DNA from: an uncultured Lachnospiraceae bacterium
GTDB lineage: Bacteria > Bacillota > Clostridia > Oscillospirales > CAG-272
Direction of reading: 5' to 3'
Assembly: GCA_964623895.1 (NCBI GenBank)
Contig: CAZUWA010000001.1
Coordinates: forward strand, 24,829 to 88,828
Length of the DNA stretch: 64,000 nucleotides
How positions within the stretch are numbered: the first letter of the stretch is position 1; the number at the start of each line of letters is the position of its first letter. Shown here in pieces: positions 57,063 through 64,000 of this stretch. The notes under the pieces were generated by a model. That model worked only from the letters and a program-made list of their open reading frames with translations. It was not told the DNA's origin and made no database searches. The position numbers were made by a program, and so were the translations under genes.

Positions 57063-58196
57063 TTATTTTGTCACAAATTGTATGTTTAAGACGACAATTT
57101 CGTTCGCCGTTCCAATGCGAAGCGGTGGCCCCCAATAACCAACGCCGGCGGTCGTGACGGCATGACCGCCGTGTTGCTGTTGATGTCCGTAGGAAAATTT
57201 TGACATGAGCTTTGACGCAATATTGCCGGGAAAAGTCTGACCGTTGTGGGTGTGCCCGCATAGCACAAGATCTGCGCCTGATTTCAAAAGATGTGCTGCA
57301 TCTGCCGGGTTATGGTCTAAAACAATGATCGGCTTTTTATGAGATCCATCCAAAATCTCTTCCGCAGTTTTGCGTGCGGCATATTTTGAAAGCGTACCTT
57401 CATGTCGATCTCGTCTGCCATAAAGAGTAAAGAGAGGTAGTTCCAGTCTCTCGTCGGCAAGAAGAGTGATGCCTGCTTTTTGATAGAACAGAGCAGTACG
57501 CGGATCGTCAATGCCATAACTGTCATGATTTCCGCGACAGAAATAGATCGGATATTTTTCAGAAATGGCAGAAAGCGCCTCAATTGCCGTTTCTTCCTCT
57601 TTGATTTCATCGTAATCGTTGTCAAACAGGTCACCTGCAACGAAGACTGCGTCCGCGTTTTCTTTGATTACTGCATCGCGCAGTCGGTAAAGAAGTCCCT
57701 TGGTTGTAAAATAACCGAGATGTAGATCGGAAAATAAAACAGCGTGGTAACTGCCGGGACAGTTGGAAGGTATGTCGATATGATATTCTATTCTTCGGAG
57801 CTTCCTGGCATTCAGTCCGCCGTATATCCTCAAAACGATCAGCGCCAATAGTGTGGCGACTATCATGAGAGTGAAATTGATGGTAAAAAGACCTGTCAGG
57901 TAACTGAAATAGCAGACTACGGCATCAAGAAGCAGGAGGATCAAAAGATAGAGATAACTTCCGATGATCGTTTCTGCCAAGCGGTGCAAAATCCTTCTGA
58001 TCTTTTTTCCCGGAAGCATACCGGAAAGTGGAAAGAGCAGTGTGGGACATAAAGTCAAGATCGTCAACAACACTGCATGCCACACTGTAAAAGCACCGTT
58101 TGAGGAGAGATAAAATCCGCCTGCGGTAAACGCAAGCACCAAGATGCCGAGTGGAATGATGAGGACCTTTTTGATATCTTTGGATGTTTTTTGCAC
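57063..58196 (-). CDS. Membrane-anchored metallophosphoesterase (YkuE-like)
   Basis: Four N-terminal TM helices. Motifs SDLHLG, AGDLFDND, GNHD and CGHTHNGQ. GTG start behind AAGGAGG. Confidence 0.85.
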   Translation of the reverse strand: MQKTSKDIKKVLIIPLGILVLAFTAGGFYLSSNGAFTVWHAVLLTILTLCPTLLFPLSGMLPGKKIRRILHRLAETIIGSYLYLLILLLLDAVVCYFSYLTGLFTINFTLMIVATLLALIVLRIYGGLNARKLRRIEYHIDIPSNCPGSYHAVLFSDLHLGYFTTKGLLYRLRDAVIKENADAVFVAGDLFDNDYDEIKEEETAIEALSAISEKYPIYFCRGNHDSYGIDDPRTALFYQKAGITLLADERLELPLFTLYGRRDRHEGTLSKYAARKTAEEILDGSHKKPIIVLDHNPADAAHLLKSGADLVLCGHTHNGQTFPGNIASKLMSKFSYGHQQQHGGHAVTTAGVGYWGPPLRIGTANEIVVLNIQFVTK

Positions 58197-58244
58197 AGTA
58201 ACATCCTCCTTTCTTATATAGAGAACGATTATATGAATGTAAGC

Positions 58245-58282
58245 AAAATGCCGTAGCGCGTGGTGGCGGGCTACGGCATTTT
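58245..58282 (-). terminator. Strong hairpin with U-run located 5' of the metallophosphoesterase gene (leader attenuator or relic terminator)
   Basis: AAAATGCCGTAGC ... GCTACGGCATTTT, a 13-bp stem including its A/T arms. It lies 49 nt upstream of the GTG start. Confidence 0.5.
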
Positions 58283-58688
58283 CATGTCAGAAGGTTTTTA
58301 CTTATGTGCTCGTCAGTACACTGCGGCAGATTGTTTTTGGATGTAACGACAGAGCAACCGTTATGACTACAGTATATTTGTGCCCACAATGGTGCATGCC
58401 GTTTGTGATGTAAATATACTTGCCGGAAGCATAACTGTGGTTGTGCGCGCCGACAGAGTAAAAGGCGGTGTCGGCATTTGCAGGATAGTTAAATATAAAT
58501 ACAAGCAGTCGAAAATATGACAGTTTCTTTTAATTATTATATCATAACCTAATCCCCTGTGTGTGAATAAACTATGAACTTTCGCATTTTCGCTATATTT
58601 CTGTGGAAAACCAAGGAAAAGTCGGTCACACAACGCGATACGGCTCTGCTAAAATAGCATTGCAGATGAAAGAGAGGAGGAAGATACG

Positions 58689-58949
58689 GTGGCATCCGGA
58701 AAAAAAGGTTTTACAAGAGAGCATGTCTTGGAGCGTTTATGGCGCATTGCCGAGGACGCGCGCAAAGCGACTTGGGTGGAAAAAACGGACAAAAACGGAG
58801 AAACTGCGGTGGAATATGACACCAAATGTGCTTCAATCGAGCTTAAGGCGATCGAGTTCGCGGTGAAGTTGTCTGGGTTGTCCGAGCAGAGCGTTGCAGA
58901 GACCGTTACAGTCAGTCTTGGGGATGACGTCAAAGAATTGGCGATCTGA
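58689..58949 (+). CDS. Terminase small-subunit-like protein lacking the N-terminal HTH (86 aa)
   Basis: GTG start behind GGAGG. FTREHVLERLWRIAEDA...ASIELKAIEFAVKLSGL resembles the C-terminal oligomerisation half of Terminase_2-type TerS. Confidence 0.4.
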   Translation: MASGKKGFTREHVLERLWRIAEDARKATWVEKTDKNGETAVEYDTKCASIELKAIEFAVKLSGLSEQSVAETVTVSLGDDVKELAI

Positions 58950-59050
58950 GTATGCCCTGATAAAACCGCAAAAGCAAAAGGAATAATTCTTTGGACGGAT
59001 CATTTTCATCTGCGATCTGTCCGAAAGGAAAAGAAAAAGGAGGAAGGATC

Positions 59051-59230
59051 ATGATTCAACTGATCTATAACGAGTGGGGCATTGATGAAAACGCACAGCC
59101 CGTCAAGCTGCAGGTCTATCTTGCCGGTGTCAATGACACATTGCCAAAGGAGGCTTCGGTTGGCAGTAGGGTGATCTTTGATGACGGCAGCAAGGCTTTG
59201 ATGACTCCCTCCGGTTGGCAAAAGGGGTGA
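59051..59230 (+). CDS. Small hypothetical phage protein (59 aa)
   Basis: ATG behind AAAGGAGGAAGG. It occupies the slot where a large terminase is expected. Confidence 0.4.
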   Translation: MIQLIYNEWGIDENAQPVKLQVYLAGVNDTLPKEASVGSRVIFDDGSKALMTPSGWQKG

Positions 59231-59234
59231 GGAT

Positions 59235-61148
59235 TTGAAGTGGCTTGACAGACTGAAAAAAGTATCCGTGAAGGAAAAAACGATGTCTGAGATTGTCAAA
59301 CTTCCGAAGTTCGACGGAGATGGTTCGGACGGTATGCCGGGCAGTGATGATGAAGGAAGACCGTTTTACGGTGAGGATCTTGTTAAGACAGTTAAAATGG
59401 AGGCAGACCGCAGAAGGAACGAGCGGCTTCCTTATGAATTGCAGTGGCGACTGAACCGTAATTTTTTGGCAGGCAATCAGCATTGTGACATTGACGTGCG
59501 AAAGATGACGGTGGAAAACTATCGTCCGCCATACGATTACATGTCTGAGGAGATCTTCAACAAGATCGCACCGATCATGGAAAGTCGGATGGCACAGTTT
59601 AAAAGTGTCAGTTACGACATGGAAGCTGTTCCCGAAACGACCGGTTATGAAGATGTGCAGCAGGCGGCAGTCGCCGGCGCACTGATTGTCGGAAGGATTG
59701 GCAGAAATGCATTCAAAAAAGAACTGAACCGTGCGATGGGACTTTGCGAGACAGACGGAACGACTTTTTTTCTTTGTTGGTGGGACAAGGAGAAAGGTGA
59801 GCCTGTTGATACGGTACTGTCGTCCTTTGAGATCCTACCGGCGGATCTGACGGAAGAAAGCGTTGAAGGGCAGAGTTCGATCATCATCGAGCAGGTAAAA
59901 AGTCCGGAAGAGATCTTCACGCTGTATGGCGTGAAGGTCCGAGGGGAAAAAGTTCATAGTTATGCAAGTCTCTCCACTGCCGGCGCGGGTGGGTTTGGCT
60001 ACCGTTCTGGGACGGCACTTTTTACTCCCGTCGAACGAGAAAATTGCGTTGTTTTGCGGAACTATCTTGAAAAGCCGAGTGGAAAATATCCACAGGGTAG
60101 GATGGTCATTACGGCAGGAGATACGTTGATCTACAGTGGCATATTGCCTTATGAGGAGTATCCGTTGGTTTCGATGAAAGCGATGTATGTCACCGGTCAA
60201 TTCTTTGGCAGAAGTGTCATTGAAACGATGATTCCTCTTCAGAGAAGTTACAATGGTATCAAGAACCGCATCAACGATTACATCAATCGTTCCGCTTGTG
60301 GGCAGATACTGATTGAGGAAGGATCAGTCGATGCTGATGACATCACCGAGCGAGGATTGGAGCCCGGTGCATCGGTTATTTACGCAAGAGGTGCTACGCC
60401 TCCGAAATTGATGGAAGAGCCCACCCTCAGTGCGCTGGCTGAGACGCAGTGTGCACAATTGGTTTCCGATATGGAATATGCTGCAGGGGTCTCTGCGCTG
60501 TCTGCAAACGGCATTCTGCCGAACGGTGTCAACTCGGGAACAGCAATCGGAAGACTGCAAAACATTGATAGCGTCAGACTGTCTCTGTACACAGAAAACT
60601 ATCGGGCAGCATTACTGTGCCTTGCGGAGAAGTGGATCACGCTCTACCGAAATTATTTAAGCGAAGAGCGGGCAGTGCGATTGGTCGGGAATGGCGCAAG
60701 AGGTGCAGTGGCATTGTTCACCGGGCGTACCCTGAAGTATGGTGTTTTGCGCTTTTTGACGGAAAATGAACTGAAAGTCAAAGAAGATGAACAGCGAGAA
60801 CGCTATTTGGAGGCTTTAAAATTGGGGCTATTTTCTGAAGAAGATGGCAGTATTTCGGCAGAGAACAAACGCTTTGCCGTGAAAAAATTGCTTGGTACAG
60901 ACAAATCCCCCCCTAGCGAAGCGGATCTTCAGCATCAAAATGCACAAAATGAGAACATTGATTTTGAACTGGGCGAAGTATTACGGATTGAACCGCTCGA
61001 TGACCATGTCTTGCATCTAACGGAGCATCGTCTCTATGTATTGGAAGACAGTTTCAGAGAACGAATGAAGAAAGATCCGCATTGGGCGGAACCGATGTTA
61101 GAGCACATCAAGGAGCATGAATCACTGCTCAAGGAGGAGAAAAAATGA
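59235..61148 (+). CDS. Phage portal protein
   Basis: 637 aa with an N-terminus (MKWLDRL...) and WRLNRNFLAGNQ typical of portals, an acidic/His C-terminal region, and a position before scaffold and capsid. The alternative start is ATG 59283. Confidence 0.75.
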   Translation: MKWLDRLKKVSVKEKTMSEIVKLPKFDGDGSDGMPGSDDEGRPFYGEDLVKTVKMEADRRRNERLPYELQWRLNRNFLAGNQHCDIDVRKMTVENYRPPYDYMSEEIFNKIAPIMESRMAQFKSVSYDMEAVPETTGYEDVQQAAVAGALIVGRIGRNAFKKELNRAMGLCETDGTTFFLCWWDKEKGEPVDTVLSSFEILPADLTEESVEGQSSIIIEQVKSPEEIFTLYGVKVRGEKVHSYASLSTAGAGGFGYRSGTALFTPVERENCVVLRNYLEKPSGKYPQGRMVITAGDTLIYSGILPYEEYPLVSMKAMYVTGQFFGRSVIETMIPLQRSYNGIKNRINDYINRSACGQILIEEGSVDADDITERGLEPGASVIYARGATPPKLMEEPTLSALAETQCAQLVSDMEYAAGVSALSANGILPNGVNSGTAIGRLQNIDSVRLSLYTENYRAALLCLAEKWITLYRNYLSEERAVRLVGNGARGAVALFTGRTLKYGVLRFLTENELKVKEDEQRERYLEALKLGLFSEEDGSISAENKRFAVKKLLGTDKSPPSEADLQHQNAQNENIDFELGEVLRIEPLDDHVLHLTEHRLYVLEDSFRERMKKDPHWAEPMLEHIKEHESLLKEEKK

Positions 61149-61555
61149 CAGAAGAAAAGGAAATGATAGACTCAACGAAAGAAAAGAGTTACGAAGAACT
61201 GGTGCGCGAATTGGAAGAGACCAAGCGCTTGTTCGCGATCGAAAAGGAAAAACAACAAGGCTATGCTGTTTTGGAAAAACTCATTGGTTCGAGAAATGAT
61301 CCGACATTCGGCGAAGCGGTTAAAATAGCGGAAAGCGAAGCCATGCAGACGTTTCCTGCGGAAGAACGGTACCGCAAAAGTTTGCTGATGTGTTATGGAG
61401 AGAAATATTTTTCCGCGAGAGAACAGCAAAAGCAAACACCGCAGATGCCACCGGTATTTGCCCGTTCCTCCGGCGCGGGACAAGCGGAGGTTATGAAAAA
61501 ACCTACCGATTTCAAGACGGCACGAGAAAATTCATTCAGATACCTAAAAAAATAA
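61145..61555 (+). CDS. Phage scaffolding-like protein
   Basis: 136-aa charged, helical protein between portal and capsid, ATGA-coupled to the portal gene. Confidence 0.5.
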   Translation: MTEEKEMIDSTKEKSYEELVRELEETKRLFAIEKEKQQGYAVLEKLIGSRNDPTFGEAVKIAESEAMQTFPAEERYRKSLLMCYGEKYFSAREQQKQTPQMPPVFARSSGAGQAEVMKKPTDFKTARENSFRYLKK

Positions 61556-61579
61556 CAGAAAGAAAAGGAGAATAAAATC

Positions 61580-62812
61580 ATGTCTACAAATTTAAACACC
61601 ATTTCCGATATTTTGAAGGAGCAGTATCTTCCTGCTTTGCAAAATCAGATTACGACCGCACCGTCTCCTTTTATGGAGATGATCAAAAAAGTACCGCTGA
61701 CTACCGGTGGGAAGATCACAGCGGTTGCACCTTTCGGTATTAACGGCGGCTTTGGTTTTGGCAGTGACGGCAACAATACACCTGCATCCGGCACTCGAAA
61801 ATACAAGCGTTTCGAGGTTGAGCCGGTGGATATGTATGTCGATATCCGCATTACCGATAAGACTGTCAAACTGGCTAACGAGGAGGGGGCTTTGATCTCT
61901 GCGTTGGAGGACGAAGTGATGGGATCTTATGAATCCGCCAAGTGGAATGTCTCCAGAGCCTTGTTTGGGGATGGTTCCGGTAAATTGTGTGCGCTGACTG
62001 CGGCATCGGTAAATAACACATCCGATTCGACCGTAACTCTAACGGTTGATGAATGTGCAAATCTCATTGAAGGGTTGACGGTGGATGTATACAGTTATTC
62101 GTCTGCGACTGTCGAAGCAACTCTTTCTGCCAACAATGCAGGTTATCGCATTGCGGCAATTGACAGAGAGAACAAAAAGGTGGTCTTGGAAGGTTTGGGC
62201 GCTACCGCAACAGTCAAAAATACCGAAAAGAACGACTACGGATTTCTTTGTGTTCAAGGATCTTACAACAAGGAACTGACGGGTCTGAAGGCAATCTTCG
62301 ATGACAGTGTTACTGAAATTTACGGTTACGATAAGGCAACGCATGCTTTTGTCACACCGCTCAAGATGGATGCCGCACATGCGGTTTCAGATATGGTGAT
62401 TTATGATGCTGTCAAAAAATCTGCGGACTACAGAAACGGTAACATTGATCTTGTTATGCTGGGTGACAAAGCATTCCGCGCTTATCAGAACTATATGAGG
62501 GAAAATAATGTTACCATTTGTGAAAAAGCTGAGTTCGTGGGTGGCGCAACTGGTTATAAGGTGTTGGTAGGCAGCCGTACCGTTACGATCGTCAATGAAA
62601 AGATGATCCCGACAGATGAGGCATGGTGTGTAGACACCGGCGCATTTACCTTTGCTCATCTCGACTTTGACTTCTGCGATTACGGCTCTTCAGGAATTTT
62701 CCAACTCGTTCCCGGCACTTCTTACTACCGTGCGTTACTTGCTTCTTACGGCAACCTTATTTGTAAGAATCCCGGAAGTTGCGTGAAGATCATCAATTTT
62801 GCAGAAGCATAA
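61580..62812 (+). CDS. Phage major capsid protein
   Basis: 410 aa with a strong AAAGGAGAA RBS, positioned after the scaffold. The N-terminus ISDILKEQYLPALQNQ resembles coat proteins that use a separate scaffold. Confidence 0.7.
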   Translation: MSTNLNTISDILKEQYLPALQNQITTAPSPFMEMIKKVPLTTGGKITAVAPFGINGGFGFGSDGNNTPASGTRKYKRFEVEPVDMYVDIRITDKTVKLANEEGALISALEDEVMGSYESAKWNVSRALFGDGSGKLCALTAASVNNTSDSTVTLTVDECANLIEGLTVDVYSYSSATVEATLSANNAGYRIAAIDRENKKVVLEGLGATATVKNTEKNDYGFLCVQGSYNKELTGLKAIFDDSVTEIYGYDKATHAFVTPLKMDAAHAVSDMVIYDAVKKSADYRNGNIDLVMLGDKAFRAYQNYMRENNVTICEKAEFVGGATGYKVLVGSRTVTIVNEKMIPTDEAWCVDTGAFTFAHLDFDFCDYGSSGIFQLVPGTSYYRALLASYGNLICKNPGSCVKIINFAEA

Positions 62813-62871
62813 GAGAAAGGGGGGGCAAGATCTGTGGGTCTTGCGCCCCCAAAAAAAGAAAGGCAGGATGA

Positions 62872-63195
62872 ATGATGTTTACATTAAACAAATTATATGA
62901 ACAGATCAACGCGCTTTGTCCTATCGACAGGCAAACCTTTGACGCCTTCTTGCCGGATGCTGTTCTTGATCTTTGCTGTATTTGCGGAAGCAAGTATTTA
63001 AAAAAAGAAGAAGGAGCAGTAGCAACGGATTTTCCGATTAGAGAGGAATACTATACTGCACTTCTTTCCGTCATGCTGTACCTGATACGGGGAGATGTTG
63101 TAGACTGGGAACGTGCAATTGAGCGAGCAGAAGGTGCAAGAGATCAGATATGGAGGCAGAAGGCGGAGAAGAACCGAAACGGAGGAAAAAAGTGA
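62872..63195 (+). CDS. Hypothetical phage protein (possible head-tail connector/adaptor)
   Basis: 107 aa, in the position immediately after the capsid gene. Confidence 0.4.
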   Translation: MMFTLNKLYEQINALCPIDRQTFDAFLPDAVLDLCCICGSKYLKKEEGAVATDFPIREEYYTALLSVMLYLIRGDVVDWERAIERAEGARDQIWRQKAEKNRNGGKK

Positions 63196-63779
63196 AGAAA
63201 ACGATTGAAAATATAAATAACTACGTGGAAGATATTCTTGCCGATTATCCTTATTTTCCTGAACGCGCCAAGTCATTTTTGGCAGAAGAACTGACGGCAC
63301 TGCAATGCGGATATTTTGCTTTGTGCCCGGAGGTTGTTGCAATGGAACGGACGCTTCAATCCGATCTATCCCTTCCGCTTTCTTCACTTTCCACCGAAAC
63401 AGGGCGCCTTTTGAACTCGGAAGAGATCGTTGCGGTCTTCTTGGGGGGCAAAGAGCTTCCGAAAAGACAGGTTTTACAGTTTTATCGCTCGAATTTGCCG
63501 GGCTTCACCGTGGAAGAAGACAGGATCGTCTGCCGCGTAGAGGATCAGAGTTCCGATCTTACCATCCTTTTTGCCCAATGTCCAAAGGATATTACTTATT
63601 CTGCAGAAACAGGATATACAGGGGAGATCTGTATTTCAAAAACATACCTTCCGATAGTTTCGGCAAGACTCAGAGAACTAATCGCACGATTAAGTGGGGA
63701 AGAGGAAGATGCGGACCATTTTGCCGATTGCTATAACGCATGGCTGGTACGGCTGAAAGAAGAGAGAGGAGGCGGGTAA
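63192..63779 (+). CDS. Hypothetical phage protein
   Basis: GTG at 63192 overlaps the previous stop (GTGA) and sits behind GGAGG. The track start at 63150 is less likely. Confidence 0.45.
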   Translation: MKKTIENINNYVEDILADYPYFPERAKSFLAEELTALQCGYFALCPEVVAMERTLQSDLSLPLSSLSTETGRLLNSEEIVAVFLGGKELPKRQVLQFYRSNLPGFTVEEDRIVCRVEDQSSDLTILFAQCPKDITYSAETGYTGEICISKTYLPIVSARLRELIARLSGEEEDADHFADCYNAWLVRLKEERGGG

Positions 63780-64000
63780 TGATTTCGATCAAAAGAAGTG
63801 GGAACCGGGAGGAGCGCGTTCGGGTGTCCAAAAGCAGTTTTGTCGGTGTCGGCAAGGATGTCTGTCTTGATCAGATCAAAAATGCGGATGTTTCAGACGG
63901 ATATTTACGTGTTTGCAAGGCATGGAAGGCGCCGACATTTACCGTTCCATCCACCGTGTATGGAATCTTTTCAGCAAATGGCAGAATGATCGTCGCGGCA
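63779..64000 (+). CDS. Hypothetical phage protein, 5' partial (MISIKRSGNREERVRVSKSSFVGVGKDV...), runs off the window
   Basis: ATG overlaps the previous stop (TAATG). The frame stays open to the end of the window. It is not in the ORF track because no stop is reached. Confidence 0.4.
   Translation, partial: MISIKRSGNREERVRVSKSSFVGVGKDVCLDQIKNADVSDGYLRVCKAWKAPTFTVPSTVYGIFSANGRMIVAA

Larger units (their letters stand above)
58689..64000 (+). mobile_element. Phage-derived head-morphogenesis module (cryptic prophage, satellite or GTA-like; runs off the window)
   Basis: Co-directional TerS-like fragment, portal, scaffold, major capsid and connector-like genes with overlapping stops and starts. 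No integrase, repressor, replication genes or large terminase lie between it and the host genes. Confidence 0.65.

Noticed and set aside
58367-58633. An 88-aa minus-strand ORF in the gap between the host genes and the phage module. I considered it as a possible phage repressor.
   Set aside because: It has no HTH pattern and no RBS, and its composition is unlike real proteins. I treat the region as non-coding leader or relic instead.
1-64000. A window-wide look for CRISPR arrays, tRNA or rRNA genes, IS elements or transposases, integrases, toxin-antitoxin pairs and known defence-system enzymes (helicase/nuclease/RT combinations).
   Set aside because: I saw no spaced direct-repeat arrays, cloverleaf-like sequences, transposase, integrase or reverse-transcriptase motifs by eye. 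A computational scan (tRNAscan-SE, CRISPR detection, DefenseFinder) would be needed to exclude them formally.

Overview
This window is a chromosomal segment from a spore-forming Firmicute, Clostridia-like in gene content, organised mostly as tightly packed operons. No tools were run; every family call rests on motifs read by eye from the ORF track and the sequence.

Gene content in order:
- 1-3.2 kb: sporulation and division cluster yabP-yabQ-divIC, an RluA-type pseudouridine synthase and a DUF3810-like zincin membrane protein.
- 3.2-13.3 kb: complete glycogen operon glgB-glgC-glgD-glgA-glgP plus a GH13 amylase-family enzyme.
- 13.5-18.1 kb: surface and membrane proteins (LRR lipoprotein, FIVAR-repeat lipoprotein) and an orphan GerA/SpoVAF-type gene.
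- 18.1-22.0 kb: nnr, a SAM-dependent methyltransferase, rsgA, and a small spoVM-like ORF that is absent from the ORF track.
- 22.1-24.4 kb: a peptidoglycan-binding, SpoIID-like trio.
- 24.6-29.0 kb: a large LamG+GDPD exoprotein and a 5'-nucleotidase lipoprotein.
- 29.1-32.2 kb: a Crp/Fnr regulator with a NitT/TauT-type ABC importer.
- 32.4-35.9 kb: an operon of an atypical ANL (AMP-binding) enzyme, an ECF S-component and DUF1015.
- 36.4-41.4 kb: argG-argH behind a strong promoter with candidate ARG boxes, then an NfnAB-like pair.
- 41.4-44.8 kb: an MFS pseudogene remnant, a small HExxH membrane protein, an AIM24-family protein and a ClC transporter.
- 44.9-47.9 kb: a T-box-controlled ABC amino-acid importer.
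- 48.2-52.3 kb: an unusual operon joining a PqqD-like RRE, a Sec11/SipW-type peptidase and a degenerate NodB-like membrane protein to an orphan Wzz/BY-kinase/PHP-phosphatase module.
- 52.4-58.2 kb: a minus-strand operon of metallophosphoesterase, DagK-like kinase, PlsC, a Cys-rich membrane protein, an ApbE-NusG_II fusion and a Gx transporter.
- 58.7 kb to the window end: a phage head-morphogenesis module (truncated TerS-like protein, portal, scaffold, major capsid, connector-like genes). It has no large terminase and no lysogeny or replication genes on the host-proximal side.

I saw no rRNA, tRNA, CRISPR array or IS element.

The best candidates for something new are the RRE/peptidase/BY-kinase operon, the terminase-less capsid module, and the flavinylation-associated ApbE-NusG_II/Cys-rich membrane protein cluster.
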